This document shows positions 50,653-58,467 of a DNA stretch of 64,000 bases, one piece after another. Made by a program: the position numbers and the translations under genes. The stretch spans positions 256,001 to 320,000 of the forward strand of contig CAVVCZ010000005.1 of assembly GCA_963746845.1 (NCBI GenBank), written 5' to 3'. This DNA comes from an uncultured Chloroflexia bacterium (GTDB lineage Bacteria > Chloroflexota > Limnocylindria > Limnocylindrales > CSP1-4). The notes beneath the pieces are model-generated. The model ran no database searches. It was given only the letters and a program-made list of their open reading frames with translations, and was not told the origin of the DNA. The number at the start of each line of letters is the position of its first letter. Position 1 is the first letter of the stretch.

Positions 50653-51311
50653 TGGCCGTCGACAGCTCCGCCCTGACCCCGGCGGGACACGCCGCGGTCG
50701 AGCACAGCCCGGTAGGTGCGCTGCCGCACGACGCGCGCGGCGGGATCAGCAACCCGATCCTCGGGATGATCCTGTTCATCTGCTCGGAGGTGATGTTCTT
50801 CTCCGGGCTGTTCGCCGCGTACTTCAGCGTGCGTGCGTCGACGACGCCGTGGCCCCCGGTCGTGCCCGGCGACCCGGAGCTGACCGAGGCCTTCAACCTC
50901 CACGCCGAGCCGTGGTTCGCGCTCGTCCTCACGATCGTCCTGGTCATCAGCTCGTTCACCTGCCAGATGGCCATCTGGGCGATCCGGCGCGACGACCATT
51001 CGGGCTTCGTCCGGGGGATCGGCGTCACGCTGGTGCTCGGCATCACCTTCCTGGTCGGCCAGGTCTACGACTACTCGCAGCTGGGTTTCGGGATCTCCGA
51101 CACCCCGTTCGGGACGACGTTCTACACCCTGACCGGCTTCCACGGCGCCCACGTCTTCGGCGGCGCGGTGATGCTCTCGGTGATCCTGTATCGCGGCCTC
51201 GCAGGGCAGTTCAGCTCACGCCACTACGACGCGGTCGAGGCGGTGTCGCTGTACTGGCACTTCGTCGACGTCGTGTGGATCGTTCTGTTCGCGACGCTCT
51301 ACATCCTGTAG
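50652..51311 (+). CDS. coxC: Cytochrome c oxidase subunit III (short form)
   Basis: FICSEVMFF, TGFHGAHV and YWHFVDVVW motifs. Confidence 0.95.
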
Positions 51312-51324
51312 GCAGGGAGGCGCG

Positions 51325-51519
51325 ATGCATCCGCTCCGGCATCCCCGCAACGCCGCCTTCATCGGCATCATCTTCATCGTCATCGCCTTCTTCTACTGGG
51401 CGGTGCCGTACTTCGGCGGCTGGCACGTCGACTATGCCGGGGTCACGATGCTGCTCGTCCTCGGGATCGCGATGAGCCTGATGGCCTACGTCCTCGTCGC
51501 CGGCTCCTCGAACGACTAG
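51325..51519 (+). CDS. Small 2-TM oxidase subunit (subunit IV-like)
   Basis: GGGAGG RBS; two hydrophobic helices; lies within the cox operon. Confidence 0.7.
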   Translation: MHPLRHPRNAAFIGIIFIVIAFFYWAVPYFGGWHVDYAGVTMLLVLGIAMSLMAYVLVAGSSND

Positions 51520-51555
51520 CGTCCGAGAGCCCGCGAGCCCCCCGACACCTCACTG

Positions 51556-52641
51556 ATGGAACTCCTCCAGAACATCTGGGACTCGATCCTCCAGCTGCTC
51601 TCCCAGTTCATCATCCCGGACTGGGGCTCGCTGATCATCCTGCTGCCCGTCTTCATCTTCGCCCTCGTCGTCGTCTTCTTCATCTGGGTCCTGCTGATGA
51701 CCCGGCGGACCGGTCCGCGCCGGCGGCGAGGTGGCCGGATCACGCCGAGGACGCCCGCCGGCCTCCACATGCCGGGCCCGACGTATGCCCCGTTCTTTGC
51801 GGCCTTCGGGGCCTTCATGCTGTTCCTCGGGCTGGTCTTCCCGGGCCCGCTCCTGCTCCTCGGAGTGGTGGCGCTCGTCCTGGCGCTCCTGTTCTGGGGC
51901 CGCGAGGGCCTGGCCGACTACGACCATGTGGCCGGCGACCATCCGGCGCTGCCGGCGGTCGTCCACGACGAGCCGCCCCCGGGCGTCCACGTGCCCGGCC
52001 CCACGTTCCGCCCGATCCTGGCCTCGATCGGGGTGTTCCTGCTGTTCCTGGGCCTCGTGTTCCCGGGCCCGATCCTCGCGGTCGGGCTGGCCTTCCTGGT
52101 CGTGGCCCTGCTCGGCTGGCTCAACGACGCCCGCAAGGAGTACCAGCGGACCGTCCGGGCCGACACGACGGGGCACCTGGAAAATGGCCCGGATCCCGCC
52201 TGGCCGGTGGCCACGGTCTGGATCTTCGGGGCGCTTGTGCTCGTCGCGGTCGTCGTCACCGCCGGCTGGTTCCCGTCGAAGTCCGCGGTCGGTGGGGAGG
52301 CGACCGGCTCGCCCGCGCCGGGCGGCTCCGGGGCGCCGCCCGGATCCGGCGGCCCACCGGGTGCGATCACGCTCGTCGCCCAGAACATCACGTTCAACAC
52401 GACGACCCTGTCGGCGACGACCGGCAAGCCGTTCCAGGTCGTGCTCGACAACAAGGACGCGGGCACGCCACACGACTTCGACATCCTCGATGCCGGCGGG
52501 ACGAAGGTCTTCGACGGCAAGGATTTTCCCGGCCCGGCCCAGATGACGTACAACGTCCCGGCGCTCGATTCCGGGACCTACAAGTTCGAGTGCTCGATCC
52601 ATCCCGCGCTGATGAACGGGCAGCTGAACGTCGGCGGCTGA
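51556..52641 (+). CDS. Oxidase-associated membrane protein: two repeated helical hairpins plus a cupredoxin domain
   Basis: G[LV]H[MV]PGPT..P...LFLGLVFPGP occurs twice; tail PHDF...CSIHPALM. Confidence 0.8.
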   Translation: MELLQNIWDSILQLLSQFIIPDWGSLIILLPVFIFALVVVFFIWVLLMTRRTGPRRRRGGRITPRTPAGLHMPGPTYAPFFAAFGAFMLFLGLVFPGPLLLLGVVALVLALLFWGREGLADYDHVAGDHPALPAVVHDEPPPGVHVPGPTFRPILASIGVFLLFLGLVFPGPILAVGLAFLVVALLGWLNDARKEYQRTVRADTTGHLENGPDPAWPVATVWIFGALVLVAVVVTAGWFPSKSAVGGEATGSPAPGGSGAPPGSGGPPGAITLVAQNITFNTTTLSATTGKPFQVVLDNKDAGTPHDFDILDAGGTKVFDGKDFPGPAQMTYNVPALDSGTYKFECSIHPALMNGQLNVGG

Positions 52642-52657
52642 GCCGGGCGGCGCGCGC

Positions 52658-53224
52658 GTGACCACCGAGACCCCGGGCGCGGTGCCCTCCCGCCGGCCCA
52701 CGCGTCGCATTGCCCTCCTCGTCGGGATCGCGGCGGTCACGACCGTGGCGATCGTCGCGCTCGTCGCCGTCACCCGGCCGGGGAGCGGCGCATCGGACAC
52801 GATCGCGAAGGGCTCGCCGGCGCCGAACATCCACGGGACGACTTTGGACGGCACGACCGCGGACCTCGCATCGCTGCGCGGCCACCCGGTCGTGATCAAC
52901 TTCTGGGCGTCGTGGTGCGGGCCGTGCAAGGATGAGATGCCGCTGCTGGCCCAGAAGGCCACCGCCCACGCGGACACCGGGCTCGAGATCCTCGGCGTCC
53001 TGTCCGACGACACCGCCGACAGCGGCCGGGCATTCGAGAAGCAGTACGGCGCGACCTGGCCGAGCGTCTTCGACGGCGACAGCGCGATCAAGACCGCCTA
53101 CCGGGTGATCGGGCGGCCGCAGAGCTACTTCGTCGATCGGAACGGCGTCCTGCAGTCGATCCAGGTGGGCTACCTGACCGACGCCGACTTCGAGCGTCAG
53201 TACGCGCTGATCTCCGGCTCGTGA
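52658..53224 (+). CDS. TlpA/ResA-like membrane-anchored thioredoxin
   Basis: INFWASWCGPC; N-terminal TM helix. Confidence 0.9.
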   Translation: MTTETPGAVPSRRPTRRIALLVGIAAVTTVAIVALVAVTRPGSGASDTIAKGSPAPNIHGTTLDGTTADLASLRGHPVVINFWASWCGPCKDEMPLLAQKATAHADTGLEILGVLSDDTADSGRAFEKQYGATWPSVFDGDSAIKTAYRVIGRPQSYFVDRNGVLQSIQVGYLTDADFERQYALISGS

Positions 53225-54219
53225 CGCCGGCCTGGGCGGGTGCGGCGCCGGCCGTCGAGGTCGCCGGCCTCACGAGGGCCTACGGCGGACGGACGGTCGT
53301 GCGGGACCTGTCATTCAACGTCGCAGCCGGCGAGGTCTTCGCCCTGCTCGGGCCGAACGGCGCGGGCAAGACGACGACGGTCGAGATCATCGAGGGCTAT
53401 CGCCGGGCCGATCGCGGCACGGTGTCCGTCCTCGGGGCTGACCCGGCGTCGGCCGGCCGCGACCATCGGGCGCGGGTCGGGCTGATGCTCCAGGGCGGCG
53501 GCGGGATTGACCCGCGGATGACCGCCCGGGAGGTCGTCCGGCTGCACGCACGGTTCCACGCGGCGCCGCGCGACCCCGACGAGCTCCTCGCCCTGGTGGG
53601 TCTGCCGGAGGCTGTCGCGGGCACCCGCTACCGGCGCCTGTCGGGCGGGGAGCGGCAGCGGGTCGGGCTGGCGCTCGCGCTCGTCGGACGGCCGCAGGTC
53701 GCGATCCTGGACGAGCCGACCGCGGGCATGGACGTCGAGGCGCGGATGGCGACCCGCGAGCTCTTCCGTTCGCTGCGCGACGAGGGGATGGCGATCCTGC
53801 TCACGAGCCACGACCTCACGGACGTCGAGCGGCTCGCCGACCGGATCGCGATCATCGACCGTGGGCGCCTGGTGGCGATCGGCAGCCCGGACGAGCTCAC
53901 GGCCGCGACGCGCCCGGTCCTCCGGTTCCGGCTGGCCGCCCCGCTCGGCGAGGCCGATCTCGCGGCGCTGACCGAGCGTCTCGGCGCCGGCTCGGTCGTG
54001 GAGGACGGCAGCCCCGGCCGCTACCGGGTCGACGGCCTCGAGCCGACGCCGGCGGCCCTCGCCGTCCTCACCGCCTGGTGCGAGGCGCGTGGCCTGCTGA
54101 TCGTCGACCTGCGCACGGGCGGCGGGAGTCTCGAGGAGCGCTATCTCGAGCTGATCGCGTCGGGGGCAGACGCGGACGACCCGGCCGAGGCGGGCGACGA
54201 TCGCGGGGCGCCCGCATGA
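53221..54219 (+). CDS. ABC-2 exporter ATPase
   Basis: GPNGAGKT, LSGGE and DEPT motifs. Confidence 0.92.
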   Translation: MTPAWAGAAPAVEVAGLTRAYGGRTVVRDLSFNVAAGEVFALLGPNGAGKTTTVEIIEGYRRADRGTVSVLGADPASAGRDHRARVGLMLQGGGGIDPRMTAREVVRLHARFHAAPRDPDELLALVGLPEAVAGTRYRRLSGGERQRVGLALALVGRPQVAILDEPTAGMDVEARMATRELFRSLRDEGMAILLTSHDLTDVERLADRIAIIDRGRLVAIGSPDELTAATRPVLRFRLAAPLGEADLAALTERLGAGSVVEDGSPGRYRVDGLEPTPAALAVLTAWCEARGLLIVDLRTGGGSLEERYLELIASGADADDPAEAGDDRGAPA

Positions 54220-54977
54220 GCCGGGCCGCGTCGCCGCCTCGGGCGATCGCCGCGATGACGGCGATGGAGCTGCGGCTGGTCCTCCGCCGGGGCGAGAACC
54301 TGTTCGCGACGATCGTCATCCCGACGCTGGTCCTGCTCCTGTTCTCGTCGCTGTCCGTGCTCCCGACCGGTCCGGGCCGGCCCGTCGACTTCCTCCTGCC
54401 CGGGACGATCGCCCTCGGGATCATCGCGACGAGCCTCGTCAGCCTCGGGATCACGACCGCCTACGACCGCTCGTACGGGGTGCTGAAGCGTCTCGGTGGA
54501 TCGCCGCTCAGCCGTGGCGAGCTCGTCGTGGCCCGGTTCCTGACGGTGCTGGTCGTGGAGACCGTCCAGGTCGCACTGCTCGTCGGCGTGGCGGCCGTCG
54601 TCCTCGGCTGGAGCCCCGGCCCGGGCGCGTCCCCCCTCCTTGCCGTCGTCGCCGTCCTGCTCGGCACCGCGGCGTTCGCCGGCCTCGGGCTGACGCTCGC
54701 CGGCACGCTCCGCGCCGAGACCGTCCTGGCCCTCGCCAACCTGCTGTTCCTCGCCTTCCTCGTCGTCGGCGGGGTCATCGTCCCGATCGGCTCCCTGCCA
54801 GCACCCTTGGCGGCCGTGGCGGCGGCCCTCCCGGCAGCGCCGCTCTCGGAGCTGCTCCGGATCGCCCTCGGCTCCGCGGGGACGGCCGGCGCCGACATCG
54901 TGAGCCCGCTCGTCCTGCTCGGGGCGTGGGGCATCGGGCTCCTCTGCGTGGCCGCGGCCACGTTCCGCTGGGAGTAG
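54216..54977 (+). CDS. ABC-2 exporter permease
   Basis: ELRLVLRRGE; YGVLKRLGGSPL; FRWE end. Confidence 0.9.
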   Translation: MSRAASPPRAIAAMTAMELRLVLRRGENLFATIVIPTLVLLLFSSLSVLPTGPGRPVDFLLPGTIALGIIATSLVSLGITTAYDRSYGVLKRLGGSPLSRGELVVARFLTVLVVETVQVALLVGVAAVVLGWSPGPGASPLLAVVAVLLGTAAFAGLGLTLAGTLRAETVLALANLLFLAFLVVGGVIVPIGSLPAPLAAVAAALPAAPLSELLRIALGSAGTAGADIVSPLVLLGAWGIGLLCVAAATFRWE

Positions 54978-55003
54978 CGCCCTGACCCGCCCGGGGAAAG
55001 AGT

Positions 55004-55031
55004 GAACCCCGGGCGGTCGGACCCGGGGTTC
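55004..55031 (-). terminator. Hairpin between the convergent ABC permease and tRNA genes
   Basis: GAACCCCGGG-loop-CCCGGGGTTC, followed on the minus strand by ACTCTTT. Confidence 0.7.
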
Positions 55032-55043
55032 TGGAAAAGGCGC

Positions 55044-55118
55044 TGGTTGCGGGGGACGGATTCGAACCGCCGACCTTCGGGTTATGAGCCCGACGAGCTG
55101 CCGCTGCTCCACCCCGCG
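55044..55118 (-). tRNA. tRNA-fMet (CAT), initiator
   Basis: CGCGGGGTGGAGCAGC...GGG-CTCATAA-CCC...GGTTCGAATCC...ACCA; C1:A72 mismatch and three G-C pairs in the anticodon stem. Confidence 0.97.
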
Positions 55119-55125
55119 ACCCCGA

Positions 55126-55154
55126 ATGGTAGGGTCCGCCTCCCGATCGGTCAA
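55126..55154 (-). promoter_or_regulatory. Sigma-70 promoter of tRNA-fMet
   Basis: TTGACC-N17-TACCAT. Confidence 0.8.
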
Positions 55155-55257
55155 ATCCGTGCTCGCGCCGGGTCGCCGGCCGGGACGATCGTCCGGGACC
55201 GCTCCGGGACGAACGGACCAGTTGTCCGGAGGCACCACCCGGTGCACCGTGCCGCAC

Positions 55258-55458
55258 ATGTTCGGACGCCACCGCACCACACCGGATCGCGACCCATCGG
55301 CCCGCTTCGACGCGCTCGACGAGCGCTCGGCCGGCTCGACGGTGCTGCTCCGGACCGACCCGCCACGGGTCGATCCGCGCGACCTCCGCCGACGGCTCGG
55401 CGGACCCACCTCGCCCGGTCTCCGCGAGCGTCTCGACCGCCGGATCAGCGCGACCTGA
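55258..55458 (+). CDS. Possible small hypothetical protein (66 aa)
   Basis: MFGRHRTTPDRDPSARFDALDER...; fills an intergenic gap; weak RBS. Confidence 0.35.
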   Translation: MFGRHRTTPDRDPSARFDALDERSAGSTVLLRTDPPRVDPRDLRRRLGGPTSPGLRERLDRRISAT

Positions 55459-55461
55459 CGA

Positions 55462-56778
55462 TCAGGCCGCCGGCGCGGCCGCTGCGGCCATCGCCGCCGA
55501 TCGTTCCCGGAGCCTGGGCCACGCGACGACGAACGCCGCGCCCGACAGCGCCGTCATGACGATCGCGAACAGGTAGAACGGCAGGCGGATGTCGATCGCC
55601 GCCGCCGTGCCGGTCACGACCGACGCGACCACGAACCCGAATGTCCCCGACGCCCCGACGATCCCCTGCGCGGTCGACGCGCGGCCCGCCGGGCTGCCGA
55701 GCGCGATGACGGTGAACAGGGCGGGGCTCCCGATCGCCGATCCCGTCGCTTCAAGGAGGATCAACGGGACCGACAGCAGCGGGTCGCTGATCACCGTGTA
55801 GGCGAGCGCCGCCACGACCGGCAGGACCGTTCCCGCGACGAGGAATGGCGTCAGGCTGCCGCGGTCGACGCGACGCCCGAAGAACGGCGACAGGACGAGG
55901 ATCGGCAGTCCGAACATCGCGAACGTCAGACCGATCAGCTCGATCCCCGCGCCAAGCCCCTGGAGGAAGATCGACCAGACGACCTCGTACGTCCCGAACG
56001 CGAAGTTCCCGCCGACCGTGAACAGGATCGCGGACAGCAGCCAGCGGTTCCCGAGCGATGACGGGGCGACGGCGGCTCCGGCCCCGGCCGGCGCGTTGTC
56101 CGGGATGGCCCGGGCGACCAGCTGGTCGGACTGGGGGCCGAGCTCGGTGAGCTCCAGCGGCATGAGCCGGCCGGGCTCGTGCGGTCGCTCGCGGACCCGG
56201 ATCGCGATCGCGGCCGCGGCCAGGAACGAGCTGATCGCCCCGAACACGAAGATGAACGCGACGCCTCCGAAGATCGACGCTCCGATCCCGCCGATCGCGG
56301 GTCCGAGCAGCAAGCCGCCCATCTGGGCTGCGCCGTACAGGCCGAATGCCTCGCCGCGCCGATCCGCCGGCGTCGCATCGGTGATGTAGCCGCGGGCCGC
56401 GGGGTCGTACATCGCCGTGGACAGCCCGGCCAGTGCCCGGAGGATCGTGAACGGCACGGCGCCGACGAACACGATCGGCAGGAACAGGAAGATCCCGCCC
56501 AGCACGTTGCCGGCCACCATCAGCGGCACGCGCCGTGTGCGGTCGGCGATCCAGCCGAAGACGGGCTCCCCGATGAGCCGCGCCGCGGGCCACGCGGCGA
56601 CGACGAAGCCGAGCGTCTGGAGGTCGACCCCGTGCTCGGTGAAGTAGATCGGCATGATCGGGAGGAGCGCGCCGAAGCCGAGCCACACGATCAGCTCGGC
56701 GGCCAGGAGGGGAAGGATCGCGTTCCAGCGCTGGGTCCAGGCGACGATCCCGGCGAGGGGATCCGATCGGGTGGGCAT
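55462..56778 (-). CDS. MFS transporter (DHA1/TetA-like)
   Basis: About 12 TM helices; GWIADRTRR motif A; GPAIGG motif C. Confidence 0.92.
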   Translation of the reverse strand: MPTRSDPLAGIVAWTQRWNAILPLLAAELIVWLGFGALLPIMPIYFTEHGVDLQTLGFVVAAWPAARLIGEPVFGWIADRTRRVPLMVAGNVLGGIFLFLPIVFVGAVPFTILRALAGLSTAMYDPAARGYITDATPADRRGEAFGLYGAAQMGGLLLGPAIGGIGASIFGGVAFIFVFGAISSFLAAAAIAIRVRERPHEPGRLMPLELTELGPQSDQLVARAIPDNAPAGAGAAVAPSSLGNRWLLSAILFTVGGNFAFGTYEVVWSIFLQGLGAGIELIGLTFAMFGLPILVLSPFFGRRVDRGSLTPFLVAGTVLPVVAALAYTVISDPLLSVPLILLEATGSAIGSPALFTVIALGSPAGRASTAQGIVGASGTFGFVVASVVTGTAAAIDIRLPFYLFAIVMTALSGAAFVVAWPRLRERSAAMAAAAAPAA

Positions 56779-56905
56779 CGGCCGGCGATCGTAGACGCGA
56801 CGCCTGGGAAACGCGCGCTCCGTATCATCGAGCGGTGCCTGGCTCCGAGCGCGACAAGCCGACCGTCCCGTTCGGCCCGCGCAACAGTGGCGCCCGGGGG
56901 ACGGG

Positions 56906-57703
56906 ATGAGCGGTCCGATCGGTCTGCACGGCGGCGGCGAGTACCTCGCGGGCGATGAGCCGTTCCTCGATGCGCTGCTCCGGGCGGCTCTCGAGGCGGT
57001 CGGGCGACGCACGGCACGCGCGGCCGAGGCGACCAACGACGACGTGACCGGACACGCGCTCGACGCACGTTCCCCGGTCCGCATCGGCATCGTCCCGACC
57101 GCCGCCGGACGAGGCCTGCCCGACCGGGCTGCCGCGACCGGTGTCGGAGCGTTCCAGCGGCGTGCCGCGGCGGCCGGGATCGCGGCCCGGGTCGAGGTCA
57201 TCCGGGTCATCGACCGGGCGTCGGCCGCGGACGCGGACCTGGCCCGGCGGCTCCGCGATGCGGACCTGATCCATCTCCCGGGCGGGGATCCGGACCTCAT
57301 CCCGACGATCCTCGAGGGGAGCCCCGCGCTCGCCGCGATCCACGCCGCGTGGGAGCGTGGCGCGGTCGTCGCCGGGGCGAGCGCGGGCGCGATGGCCCTC
57401 GCCGACTGGACCTGGACGCCCCAGGGCGGGATGCGCGGACTCGGGTTCGTCCACGGTCTCGCGGTTGTCCCCCACTACGACGAGGTCCGCCGGACCACGT
57501 GGCAGGAATTGATCGATCAGCTGGCGCCCGGCGGGATCGGCTACCTCGGCCTGGACGAGCGGACCGGGATCCTCGCCGAGCCGGACGGGACCGACGATCG
57601 GAGCTGGATCGTGGCCGGCGCCGGAGCCGCCTGGTGGTTCGCGTGCGGTGCCAACGAGCCGGTCGTCGCGTGGTCCGGGGAGCGTCTCCGCCTGCCGGTC
57701 TGA
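56906..57703 (+). CDS. Peptidase S51 / cyanophycinase-like protein
   Basis: GGGE, PTAA, LPGGDP, GASAGAM, PHYD and GLDERT motifs. Confidence 0.87.
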   Translation: MSGPIGLHGGGEYLAGDEPFLDALLRAALEAVGRRTARAAEATNDDVTGHALDARSPVRIGIVPTAAGRGLPDRAAATGVGAFQRRAAAAGIAARVEVIRVIDRASAADADLARRLRDADLIHLPGGDPDLIPTILEGSPALAAIHAAWERGAVVAGASAGAMALADWTWTPQGGMRGLGFVHGLAVVPHYDEVRRTTWQELIDQLAPGGIGYLGLDERTGILAEPDGTDDRSWIVAGAGAAWWFACGANEPVVAWSGERLRLPV

Positions 57704-57857
57704 GGCGTCGATCGGACGCACCGCCTCCGCCCGCCGGAGCCGCCCGGCTTACGTCCTCCTTACGCCGGATCGTCGATCCGCGCGAGAAGCTCGCCCAACG
57801 TCCGCCTCGACGCGGGCGCTGCCCGCGAGCCAACCGTCCACCTTGAGGGTTCCTTCG

Positions 57858-58430
57858 ATGACCGTCCTCTTCCGGCGAGCCGCGATCACGATCGTGGCCG
57901 TCGTCGTCCTGTCGCTTGCCGCGGTCGGCCTGGTCGAGGTCGGCGTGGCGATCGGGTCCAACGGGACCCACGGGCCGGCGGCGCTCGGCCTGGCGTCCGA
58001 TCCCTCGACCGCGGCGACCGACGGGTCGGTCGCCGACGACATCGACGCGCTGCTCGCCGCCGACCAGACGACCGCCGCGCCGGCCACGGCACCGGGGCGC
58101 GTCAACAAGGCGGTCGCCGGCCTGCGCCGGCTCGCCGCCGCACGCAAGCTCGTCCACGCCACCGTCCTGGTCGACCTCCCGAAGCTCGGCGGGCTCACCA
58201 CGGTCCAGCTGGACCACGGCACGATCGCCGCGGTGAGCGCGACGTCCCTCTCGATCACCGAAGCCGACAAGTCGAAGCCCACGGTCAAGCTCGGCGACGA
58301 AACCCGCGTCCGCAAGAACGCGGCCAAGGCCGCGATCGCCGACCTCAAGGTCGGCGACGAGGTCTTCGTGATGAGCAAGGTCTCGAGCGACGGGACCGAG
58401 GCCTATCTCGTGGTCGTGCCGAAGGCCTGA
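57858..58430 (+). CDS. Secreted/membrane-anchored hypothetical protein (DUF5666/OB-like tail)
   Basis: N-terminal TM helix; GTIAAVSATSLSI...DLKVGDEV. Confidence 0.7.
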   Translation: MTVLFRRAAITIVAVVVLSLAAVGLVEVGVAIGSNGTHGPAALGLASDPSTAATDGSVADDIDALLAADQTTAAPATAPGRVNKAVAGLRRLAAARKLVHATVLVDLPKLGGLTTVQLDHGTIAAVSATSLSITEADKSKPTVKLGDETRVRKNAAKAAIADLKVGDEVFVMSKVSSDGTEAYLVVVPKA

Positions 58431-58467
58431 CCACCACCTCTCCGATCCCCCGTCCGATCGCCGCCGG

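Noticed and set aside
55044-55118. tRNA-fMet as the integration site of an island
   Set aside because: No integrase, no duplicated tRNA 3' end seen and no compositional shift.
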